64,000 bases of DNA from Steroidobacteraceae bacterium. GTDB lineage: Bacteria; Chloroflexota; Limnocylindria; QHBO01. The stretch is from contig JAICUY010000001.1 in NCBI GenBank assembly GCA_025935615.1, forward strand, positions 688-64,687, read 5' to 3'. The notes below the pieces were generated by a model, which was given only the letters and a program-made list of their open reading frames with translations, had not been told where the DNA came from and did no database searches. Of the stretch, positions 9,669 through 17,285 are shown in pieces; positions within the stretch are counted from its first letter, which is position 1; each line of letters begins with the position of its first letter. A program made the translations under genes and the position numbers.

Positions 9669-9851
9669 ATGAGCCTCGAAATGACCGCGCCCGAACGCGA
9701 CCTGCTGCTCGACATCCTCACCGATGAGCTGGGACGCCTGAAGGGCGAGATCTACAAGACCGAGACCTGGGAGTACAAGGAGCAGCTCAAGGCGCGCGAG
9801 CAGACCCTCGAGTCGCTCATCGCGCGGCTCCAGGACCTCGCGACCGCCTGA
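9669..9851 (+). CDS. Small (60 aa) predicted coiled-coil protein, unknown function
   Basis: Protein-like, Lys/Glu/Leu-rich composition that is atypical for GC-artefact ORFs. Ends 10 nt before cysS. Confidence 0.5.
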   Translation: MSLEMTAPERDLLLDILTDELGRLKGEIYKTETWEYKEQLKAREQTLESLIARLQDLATA

Positions 9852-9861
9852 CGCCGCTCCC

Positions 9862-11283
9862 ATGACCGATGCGCTGCCCGAGGTGCGGCTCTACAACTCG
9901 CTGACCAGATCGGTCGAGAGGCTGCGGCCGCTCGAACCGGGACGGGTCTCGATCTACACCTGCGGCAGCACGGTGTACCGCTACGCTCATATCGGCAACC
10001 TGCGGACCTACCTGTTCGGCGATCTCCTGCATCGGACGCTCGAGTACCTCGGCTACGAGGTGCGCTACGTGAAGAACATCACCGACGTCGGGCACATGCG
10101 CGACGACACGCCGGACCAGGACCGCATGGAGCTGGCGGCCGAAACCGAGGGCCGATCGCCGTCCGAGATCGCGCAGTTCTACACCGATGCCTGGCTCACC
10201 GACGAGCGGCTGCTCAACATCCTGCCGGCCGACGTCATGCCGCGTGCCACCGAGCACGTCCCGCAGATGCTCGAGCTGACCGCGACGCTGCTCGACAAGG
10301 GGCTGGCCTACGAGGTCGACGGCACGGTCTATTACGACGTCAGCGCCTTCGCGGGCTACGGCAAGCTGTCGGGGCAGCGGCTGGAGGAGATGAAGCCCGG
10401 GCATCGTGTCGACGTCGAGTCCGACAAGCGCGATCCGGAGGACTTCGCGCTGTGGAAGGCAGCCGGCGAGCATCGGCTCATGAAATGGCCATCACCCTGG
10501 GGCGATGGCTTCCCGGGATGGCACATTGAGTGCTCGGCCATGTCGATGCACTACCTCGGCGACCGCTTCGACGTCCACACCGGCGGGATCGATCTCAAGT
10601 TCCCCCACCACGAGGATGAGATCGCGCAATCCGAGGGCGCGCTCGGCCACCAGGTCGTGAGCATCTGGATGCACGGCGAGTTCCTCACCCTGGCCGACGC
10701 CAAGATGGCGAAATCCGCCGGCAACGTCATCCGCGTCGCCGATCTGCCGTCGAAGGGCTTTGAGCCGCTCGCCTTCCGCTACCTGGCGCTGACGGCACAC
10801 TACCGCTCGAAGCTCGACTTCACCGAGAGGGCCATGCACGCCGCGGCCTCGGCGCTCCGGCGCCTGCGGCGAGCGGTCGCGGAAGGAGCATCCGAGCGGA
10901 CCGATGCGGACCTCTCCGCGGCGCCGCTGGCTGGCTATCGCGATCGTTTCGTGGCTGCCGTCTCGGAGGACCTCGGCCTGCCGGCGGCGTTGGCGGTCGC
11001 CCATGCCGTGGCGAGCGACGGCGACCTGACGCCGCCGCAGCGACGTGTGCTGCTGCTCGATTTCGATCGGGTGCTCGGATTGTCGCTGGACGCCCCGGTC
11101 GGCGGGGAGGTGGAGCTGCCGGAGGGCGCCGCCGCGCTGCTCGCCCGTCGGGCCGAGGCGCGCGAGGCACGCGATTTCGCGACCTCCGATGCGTTGCGCG
11201 ACGAGCTGGCGGCGCTCGGCGTCGAGGTCCGCGATACCCGCGACGGCCAGGTCACCACGGTCGCCGGCACCCGGTCCGGATGA
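9862..11283 (+). CDS. cysS: Cysteine--tRNA ligase
   Basis: HIGH-type motif YAHIGNLRTY, KMSKS-type motif KMAKSAGN, and WPSPWGDGFPGWHIECSAM. Confidence 0.95.
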   Translation: MTDALPEVRLYNSLTRSVERLRPLEPGRVSIYTCGSTVYRYAHIGNLRTYLFGDLLHRTLEYLGYEVRYVKNITDVGHMRDDTPDQDRMELAAETEGRSPSEIAQFYTDAWLTDERLLNILPADVMPRATEHVPQMLELTATLLDKGLAYEVDGTVYYDVSAFAGYGKLSGQRLEEMKPGHRVDVESDKRDPEDFALWKAAGEHRLMKWPSPWGDGFPGWHIECSAMSMHYLGDRFDVHTGGIDLKFPHHEDEIAQSEGALGHQVVSIWMHGEFLTLADAKMAKSAGNVIRVADLPSKGFEPLAFRYLALTAHYRSKLDFTERAMHAAASALRRLRRAVAEGASERTDADLSAAPLAGYRDRFVAAVSEDLGLPAALAVAHAVASDGDLTPPQRRVLLLDFDRVLGLSLDAPVGGEVELPEGAAALLARRAEAREARDFATSDALRDELAALGVEVRDTRDGQVTTVAGTRSG

Positions 11284-11341
11284 GGTCATGGCGTCACGCC
11301 GGGCGAATGTTGCCGCGCTGCACCACGTGACGTGGATTTGC

Positions 11342-11371
11342 TTGACGGTGGTAGTACCGGGCTGGTACGTT
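11342..11371 (+). promoter_or_regulatory. Candidate sigma70-type promoter for the lasso precursor operon
   Basis: TTGACG, then 18 nt, then TACGTT, about 47 nt upstream of the precursor ATG. Pattern match only. Confidence 0.25.
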
Positions 11372-11417
11372 TCGCGCAAGGCGACGTGCCCTCACCATCG
11401 TCAGGAGAACTCTCATC

Positions 11418-11564
11418 ATGCAGATCGAGTACGAGGCGCCCCGGATCGAAGATCTGGGTTCCATCGCCGATCACACATTCGACAACCCGGGCAAGGGCGA
11501 CAAGTCGTCCGAGCCCATGGAGACTGACAAGTTCGGCGAGTATTCGCATCCCTTCGCCAGCTGA
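11418..11564 (+). CDS. Lasso peptide precursor (A peptide), 48 aa: MQIEYEAPRIEDLGSIADHTF / DNPGKGDKSSEPMETDKFGEYSHPFAS
   Basis: Not in the ORF track (<60 aa). AGGAGA lies 9 nt upstream of the ATG. The leader fits YxxPxLx3Gx5Tx (Y-17, P-14, I-12, G-8, T-2). Located immediately upstream of the lasso cyclase, RRE and the rest of the cluster. The translation was cross-checked against the overlapping track frames. Confidence 0.8.
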   Translation: MQIEYEAPRIEDLGSIADHTFDNPGKGDKSSEPMETDKFGEYSHPFAS

Positions 11565-11586
11565 CCAGCGCTCCGCTCTGACGACG

Positions 11587-11616
11587 AACCGGGCCTTCGG
11601 GCCCGGTTTTCGTTTC
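11587..11616 (+). terminator. Stem-loop plus U-rich tract just after the precursor gene (terminator/attenuator)
   Basis: aaccgggcc-ttcg-ggcccggtt (9 bp GC-rich stem, tetraloop) followed by ttcgtttcc. It sits between the precursor stop and the cyclase start. Confidence 0.5.
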
Positions 11617-11650
11617 CCGGCGATCAACCTCCACCCGTCACCCTGACGCC

Positions 11651-13429
11651 GTGGCTGCCATCGCGCTGGCCCATGGCCGGCAGTCAGCTCCCGCCGCGAG
11701 CGTGGTCGAGGCGATGCTCGCCGCCGCGCCGCACCGCGGCCCGACGCACCAGACCTTGATCCATGGCTCCACGGTGCTCGGAATCAGCCGCGGCGAGGAC
11801 GACGAGGACGCCTGTCTCGGGACTGACCGCGGCTTCGCGATCTGCTTCGCCGGTTCGTTCGACAACATGGCCGATCTCGGCATCGAGCTGGGGCTCGACG
11901 ACGGAAGCCGAACCGGGACCGTCGCCGACGTCCTGGGTGTCCTGGCCGAAGGCTACCGCCGCTTCCGCGAGGAGCTGCCGAACCGGATGCGCGGCGTCTA
12001 CGCCGTCGCCATCAGCGACGGCCAACGCGTGCTGTGCTTCCGCGACCACGTCGGCTACCGACCACTCTTCTATCGCTTCGACACGGACGCGCTGTACGCG
12101 GCCAGTGAAGCCAAGCAGGTCATCGCCGGTGCAGGCATCCCGCGTCAGCCGGACCTCGACGTGGTGGAGGCGATCTATTTCCGGACATATGACGACGCGA
12201 CGCCGGCGGCGCTGCGCGGCGTACGGCGGCTGCCCAAGGCGACCAGCCTGTCGCTTGCCGGGGGTCAACCGCGGCTGCAACGGTACTGGCATCCCGAACG
12301 GCTGCTCGAGACGGCCACCTTCAGCCGCGCCGAGCTGAAGGAACGATTCACGTCGCTCATGGAGCAGGCCGTCGGTCGCAGCCTCTCGCGGCCGGCCGCC
12401 ATCTCGCTCAGCGGCGGGATCGACTCTCCGGCGGTTGCCGCATTCGCCGCACCGATCCATCGCCACCGCTTCGGTCGCCCGCTGCAGGCCTTGTCCGTCG
12501 TGTACCCGCGCCATCCCTCGGTCGACGAGAGCAGCTACGTCAAGATCGTCACCGCTGCGCTCGATATCCCACTGCATGCCTACGAGCAGACGGCGAACGC
12601 CGTCGCCGATCTGCGGCGCTGGACCGCATTGGCCGATACGCCGTATCCGGCCGCGGCCCTGGCCCAATACGAGGAGGACTACCTCCGCGCCCGGGCTTTG
12701 GACGCCCGCGTCCTGCTGACCGGGGAGCACGCCGAATTCGTGATGGGCATGCAATGGCACGTCCTCGACCACCTGCTGACGCACCGCCGCTGGACCCCCG
12801 CGGCGCGGCAGCTGCGCGAGCGGCGCGGCCGCGGTGCATCGTGGATTGGCCTGACCCGCCTGGTGTTGCGCTCGCTGGCCTCGGACCGCGTGATGGCCGC
12901 GCGCAACCGCTTCGCTGCCCGACCGGCCAGCGTTCCGGCCTGGATCGACCGGAGCCGGCTCGTTCCCGACGATCCCGTCTCGGCGCGCGAACGATGGCGC
13001 GACTCGCAATTGACCGGCTTCGTCGGCCCCGGCATCTCACTCGAAGCGGAGGAGGTCTGCCAGCAGGTCTGCGGCGTGCGATCGCGCAAGCCGTGGACCG
13101 ATATCGACCTCTGGGAGTTCTTCCTCAGCCTGCCGGCCGAGATGAAGTTCCCCGACCTGCGGGCGAAGGGCCTGGTGCGCGACCTGCTCCGCGGACGCGT
13201 GCCGGATGAAATCCTCGACCGGCGCGACAAGACGGTCTTCGATGCAGCCGCGATGGCCGACGTCGACTACGCCGCGCTGCGCGGCCTGCTGATCGATTCG
13301 CCGCACCGGATCAGCGGCGTCGATTATCGGCGACTGGCCGCGGCGCTCGACGCCGAGCGACTGACCCCGATCGAGTACCGCTGGGCGCGGAACCTCGCCA
13401 ACGTCCACGCATTCCTGTCACAGTGGTGA
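11651..13429 (+). CDS. Lasso peptide macrolactam synthetase (C protein; asparagine synthetase B-like)
   Basis: 592 aa. PP-loop-type LSGGIDSPAVAAFA. AsnB-like architecture. Sits between the precursor and the PqqD-like gene. Confidence 0.85.
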   Translation: MAAIALAHGRQSAPAASVVEAMLAAAPHRGPTHQTLIHGSTVLGISRGEDDEDACLGTDRGFAICFAGSFDNMADLGIELGLDDGSRTGTVADVLGVLAEGYRRFREELPNRMRGVYAVAISDGQRVLCFRDHVGYRPLFYRFDTDALYAASEAKQVIAGAGIPRQPDLDVVEAIYFRTYDDATPAALRGVRRLPKATSLSLAGGQPRLQRYWHPERLLETATFSRAELKERFTSLMEQAVGRSLSRPAAISLSGGIDSPAVAAFAAPIHRHRFGRPLQALSVVYPRHPSVDESSYVKIVTAALDIPLHAYEQTANAVADLRRWTALADTPYPAAALAQYEEDYLRARALDARVLLTGEHAEFVMGMQWHVLDHLLTHRRWTPAARQLRERRGRGASWIGLTRLVLRSLASDRVMAARNRFAARPASVPAWIDRSRLVPDDPVSARERWRDSQLTGFVGPGISLEAEEVCQQVCGVRSRKPWTDIDLWEFFLSLPAEMKFPDLRAKGLVRDLLRGRVPDEILDRRDKTVFDAAAMADVDYAALRGLLIDSPHRISGVDYRRLAAALDAERLTPIEYRWARNLANVHAFLSQW

Positions 13430-13722
13430 ACGTGGAGATCACGGTCGAATCGGTCGTCCAGCGCAACCCGCAGGTCGTCGGCCGCGCCCTGGCGCCGGGC
13501 GAGGGGGGCGTCCTGCTCCACCTCTCGACCGCGGCCTACCATCGGGTGAACCCGGTGGGACTGGCGATCTGGGACCTCCTCGAGCATCCGCGCCGCGTCG
13601 ACGACGTCATCACCGCGCTGCGCGAAACCGTGGCGAATGCGCCGGCTGCGCTCGACCGCGACGTGCTCACCTTCCTGCAGTCGGTGGTGGATCGTGACCT
13701 CGTGCTCGTGGAAGAGGCCTAA
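13423..13722 (+). CDS. PqqD-like RiPP recognition element (lasso B1 protein)
   Basis: 99 aa. PqqD-family pattern: GGVLLHLSTAAYHRVNPVGLAIWDLLEHPRRVDDVITAL...DVLTFLQSVVDRDLV. Overlaps the cyclase stop by 7 nt. Confidence 0.8.
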   Translation: MVNVEITVESVVQRNPQVVGRALAPGEGGVLLHLSTAAYHRVNPVGLAIWDLLEHPRRVDDVITALRETVANAPAALDRDVLTFLQSVVDRDLVLVEEA

Positions 13723-15038
13723 GCTCGCGAGCGGCCATCAAAGCGCGCTACGCCGATGACGTGCCCGTCCAGCGCGATTCCCTCGACTGAGCGGTAGCCT
13801 GACTCGACCATCTCGTTCGCAAGCGCGTCCCACTGGTCCGGGAGCATCTGAAGCACGACCGCAGCGCCGGGCCGCAGGAACGGCCGGGCGTCGCGAATGA
13901 GCTGCCGCTGGAGGCCGAGGCCATCAGCGCCCCTTCCCTCGACCGTTGCGGCAGGCACCGATCCGAGCGCCACCCGGCGGGTCGAGGGAACGTACGGGAG
14001 GTTCGCGATCAGGCAGTCGACCGGTCCGATGCCCGACGGATCCATTCCGGCCAGCAACGCTCCACGCTCGAAGCGCACCGCCAGGCCGAGTCGGGCTGCG
14101 TTCCTGCTCGCGGCGCGCACGGCTCGACCGGATCGATCGGTGCCGACCACCGTTGCCTGCGGCAGGCGCGCCGCAATCCCGAGCGCGATGGCACCGCAGC
14201 CGGTTCCGATTTCGAGCAGCAGCGGCCGCTCGACCGCCTCGATGTGCCGCAGCGCGACATCGATGACCACGTCGGCCGACGCGGTCGGCACGAACACGCC
14301 GGGCGGCACGATCACCTCGATTCCGGCCAGTCGGACGCGAACGCCGAGATCGCCGTACGCCGGCGCGCCGGCCAGCAGGCGCCGCAGCCTCGCCGGACGA
14401 GCCCACCGCTGGAACCCCGAGGCGATCGTCCATGCCGGGCCCAGCGCTCCACCGAAGATCGGACCTGGTCCCGGCCGATCCGGGCCGCCGAGAGCGCGTC
14501 GCGCGCGATCCAGCGCCGCATGCACGCCGCTCTCGACGGCAATGCGCCGGGCCGCGCGCCAGTCGAGCGTGCCCGCCATCACACGCAGCCGCTCCCAATC
14601 CGCCTCGTGTCCCCGTCCTGGACGGCACGACTGCACGGCCAGATGCACCGCGAGCGCTTCGGGATCGGGCGTGCGCAGTGGACCGTCTCCGCCAGACGCC
14701 AACAAGCGCCCGGCGAGCGCGTCGAGGCTCGCCGGCGGAAATGGGGCGGCCGGCAGGCCCCAGAGCAGATCGAGGTACTGGCCCGTATCGGTCCAGTAGG
14801 TTCGGCCAGGCTGGAGCCGGCCAAGGCCGCGCCGGACCCACGAGTAGCGCCAATCGAGCAACTCGACGGCGGTCGTCGCCGCGGCGCGGCTGTCGCGCGC
14901 GACCAGCACCTGCATCGGTCGATAGCCCGCCTGCGCAGTCGCCGGCAGTGCCGTGCCGGTCAGCACAACGCCCGACAGCCCGCCCGCTCCGAATCCTTCG
15001 GCGATGGAGTCCTGGTCGAGCCCGCGCATCGCCGGCAC
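13719..15038 (-). CDS. Fusion protein: N-terminal degenerate nucleotidyltransferase-like (PF14907-like) domain plus C-terminal HemK/PrmC-like class I SAM methyltransferase
   Basis: C-terminal half has VFVPTASADVVIDVAL, SAM motif LLEIGTGCGAIALGIA, VVGTDRS and motif IV ANLPYVP (an NPPY variant). The N-terminal half aligns by eye to the 18462-19586 protein (YLDLLWGL vs PLDLHWSL; ALAVHLAVQ vs RLIHLAVHG; LDWRAARRIA vs VDWSAVAERS). GTG start lies 4 nt after the B2 stop. Confidence 0.7.
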   Translation of the reverse strand: MPAMRGLDQDSIAEGFGAGGLSGVVLTGTALPATAQAGYRPMQVLVARDSRAAATTAVELLDWRYSWVRRGLGRLQPGRTYWTDTGQYLDLLWGLPAAPFPPASLDALAGRLLASGGDGPLRTPDPEALAVHLAVQSCRPGRGHEADWERLRVMAGTLDWRAARRIAVESGVHAALDRARRALGGPDRPGPGPIFGGALGPAWTIASGFQRWARPARLRRLLAGAPAYGDLGVRVRLAGIEVIVPPGVFVPTASADVVIDVALRHIEAVERPLLLEIGTGCGAIALGIAARLPQATVVGTDRSGRAVRAASRNAARLGLAVRFERGALLAGMDPSGIGPVDCLIANLPYVPSTRRVALGSVPAATVEGRGADGLGLQRQLIRDARPFLRPGAAVVLQMLPDQWDALANEMVESGYRSVEGIALDGHVIGVARFDGRSRA

Positions 15039-15042
15039 GGGG

Positions 15043-15510
15043 CTATGCCGGACGGGGGTAGCGGGTCATCTCCTCGTAGCCGGCGCCACCAGGCGGCGGT
15101 CCGATGTCGCGGCCGTCGAGGAGGACCCAGGCGTGTGCATCGGGCGATGCGGCGCGGTGATGGAGACCAATGACCAGCTCGGCGGCGTCACCCTGCGCCC
15201 GCAACATCCGGTAGAGCACCAGCGCCCGCACCAGGCAACGCGGCTGCCAGGGACCGATGCGCAGGCCGCGGGTGACGGCGCGGCTCAGCAGCGCCAACGG
15301 GACGCGCTGGCGACTGGTGCCCGGCGGCGCCGATGCGACCGCCTGCAACGGCTGACGGCGCAACGCAACAGCCACGCGTGCGGCGCTGACCCAGACCCTC
15401 ACCAGCAGCCGCGCCTGCTCGCCACGCGAGGCAGGCTTCATGGCCGGCCCGGTCGGCGCGGGGGTCGATGACATGCGCGGATAGTGCCGCACGCGGCTCG
15501 CGCCCGCCAC
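15043..15510 (-). CDS. Lasso leader peptidase (B2 protein; transglutaminase-like Cys protease)
   Basis: CLVRALVLYRMLRAQG...ELVIGL...AHAWVLLDGRDIG matches the B2 Cys...His core pattern. The start may be 15510 or the internal Met at 15474. Confidence 0.8.
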   Translation of the reverse strand: MAGASRVRHYPRMSSTPAPTGPAMKPASRGEQARLLVRVWVSAARVAVALRRQPLQAVASAPPGTSRQRVPLALLSRAVTRGLRIGPWQPRCLVRALVLYRMLRAQGDAAELVIGLHHRAASPDAHAWVLLDGRDIGPPPGGAGYEEMTRYPRPA

Positions 15511-15519
15511 GGGCGCGGG

Positions 15520-16446
15520 TCAGCGCACGTTCGCGACCAGTCGTTCGAGCGCATCGATCACCTCCTGCATGCGGGCCATGCTGAGCGGCCGGTGGAGGTC
15601 GTAGGCCGGAACGCGAGACGTCAGGTCGACCACGCGCGCGAAGCAGGAACGGCGCGAGTCGTCCGTCGGAAGACGGAAGCTGAGCGCGAAGAGGTCCCGT
15701 GTCGCGCCGGCGGCATCCAGCGGGCGGATGCCGAGCTGATCGGCCCGCCGCAGCAGGACGATGGCGCGCAGCGGGACCGGCCGTCCGTCGCCCCGTCGCG
15801 CCTGGTCGAAGATTATCGCCTGCCGGCCAGCGTCCGACGAGCCTTCCGCATGACGTGCGCCCGGCAGCCGCAGAAGCTGCGCAACGTCCGGCCGCAGGCG
15901 AACCGCCGCCGGTCCGGGGTACAGGGCCGGCTCGGCACCAAGTGCGCAGCGCACCGTGTCTTCGGCCAGCAGCCGGTGGCCGACGGCGGCCAGCCCCGCA
16001 GCCAGGGTCGTCTTGCCGTGCATGCTCGGTCCTGCCAGCAGCAGCGCGCTGCCGCCGATCTCGACCGCCGAGGCGTGGACCGACAGGTCGCCGGCATGCA
16101 GCGCGCACAACGCGGCCGGGATGCCAAGCAGGCGCAACTCGCGTCGCAACGGCTCGGCGCCGCCTTCGACCCGGATCCGCGCGTCATCGGGTGCCACTTC
16201 GTAGCGACCGACGTCGCTTGCCCAGAAGACGTACCTGGTGCCCTGCCGGTGCAGCGTGGCGTGGAACGGGTTGTCCGGCCGCGCATGCCACACCGCGATG
16301 GGCTCGCCGCTGGGCGGCGGCAGATTCGCCTCCTCGACGAGGAGCGGCGTTTCGCCGGAATCGGAGCGCAGCGTCTGGAACGGCAGCGACGATCGCAGCC
16401 CGAAGCCGACGGCGCTGCCGACGACGTCGCGAGAGGGACCTGGCAT
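15520..16446 (-). CDS. HPr kinase/phosphorylase-like protein kinase (lasso precursor Ser kinase type)
   Basis: HASAVEIGGSALLLAGPSMHGKTTLAAGL (HprK C-terminal domain with P-loop). The ATG lies 5 nt after the permease stop. The N-terminal 256 aa of track ORF 15520-17217 are an out-of-frame overlap of the permease gene. Confidence 0.72.
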   Translation of the reverse strand: MPGPSRDVVGSAVGFGLRSSLPFQTLRSDSGETPLLVEEANLPPPSGEPIAVWHARPDNPFHATLHRQGTRYVFWASDVGRYEVAPDDARIRVEGGAEPLRRELRLLGIPAALCALHAGDLSVHASAVEIGGSALLLAGPSMHGKTTLAAGLAAVGHRLLAEDTVRCALGAEPALYPGPAAVRLRPDVAQLLRLPGARHAEGSSDAGRQAIIFDQARRGDGRPVPLRAIVLLRRADQLGIRPLDAAGATRDLFALSFRLPTDDSRRSCFARVVDLTSRVPAYDLHRPLSMARMQEVIDALERLVANVR

Positions 16447-16451
16447 GCCGC

Positions 16452-17285
16452 TCAGTACTGCGACAGGGAGCCGTCGGTCTGGGCGAAGCGGATGGCCCGG
16501 CCGCAGGCCCACAGCCCCAGCGGCACCAGCAGCACGCCGAGCGCAGCGAGCGCGGCGAAGTGCGGCCACAGGGTGGCAAATCCTTCCCCACTCAGCGTCG
16601 AACGCCGCATCAGCTCGAGGGCGTGCGTCAGCGGCAGAAGCTGCGCGAGCGCCTGCAGCCAGACGGGGAGCACGCTGACGGGGTAGAAGACCCCGGCCAA
16701 CAGCACCGACGCCATGCCGAGCAGCAGGCTGATGGGGTTGCCCTGCTTGACGACGATCACCACGCTTGCTGCGACGAGACCCATCCCGTTGAAGGCGACC
16801 ACCGACAGCGCCAGCGCCGCCAGCGCGACCGGCACGTTGGCGCTGCCGAGGTCGAGCCCGAGCGCCAGGCCGACCACGGCGTAGACGAGCAGCGTGACGA
16901 CTGCCATGGCGTGCGCCCAGAGCGAGGCACCGACCAGCAGGACCCATAACCGATTCGGGCTGAGCAGCATGAGCTCCAGCGTTCCCATCAGCTGACCTTC
17001 GCGGACCCGGGAGCTGATGCCCGACAGGCCCAGCGCCAGCAGGTTGGACAGCGCAATGCCGACAAGCGCGAAGGCAAAGTAGTTGCCGCCGTAGGCACTC
17101 AGGTTGCCACCGAGCTGGCCGCCGAAGGCGCGGCCCAGGAAATAGACGCTCAGCACGCTGGCCAGCGACCCGCCGGTCGACAGCAGGAAGCCCATTCGAT
17201 AGCTGGTGGCCGTCCACATGTCGCGAATGAATGTCGCCCCGAGCACGCGCGGCCAGCCGTCCATCACCCGCTCAAGCATCGGCAT
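16452..17285 (-). CDS. ABC-2 type transporter permease
   Basis: 277 aa with about 6 TM segments. Overlaps the ATPase gene end by 14 nt. Confidence 0.8.
   Translation of the reverse strand: MPMLERVMDGWPRVLGATFIRDMWTATSYRMGFLLSTGGSLASVLSVYFLGRAFGGQLGGNLSAYGGNYFAFALVGIALSNLLALGLSGISSRVREGQLMGTLELMLLSPNRLWVLLVGASLWAHAMAVVTLLVYAVVGLALGLDLGSANVPVALAALALSVVAFNGMGLVAASVVIVVKQGNPISLLLGMASVLLAGVFYPVSVLPVWLQALAQLLPLTHALELMRRSTLSGEGFATLWPHFAALAALGVLLVPLGLWACGRAIRFAQTDGSLSQY

Noticed and set aside
11286-11646. Track ORFs 11332-11646 (+), 11286-11627 (-) and 11416-11634 (-), which cover the precursor region.
   Set aside because: They have implausible Ser/Arg/Pro-rich composition, no ribosome-binding site and no homology pattern. 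The third plus-strand frame contains the SD-preceded lasso precursor instead.
15520-17217. 565-aa ORF taken at face value as one protein.
   Set aside because: The N-terminal 256 aa overlap the ABC-2 permease gene out of frame and are Arg/Ala/Gly-rich. I truncated it to the 309-aa HprK-like protein starting at 16446.
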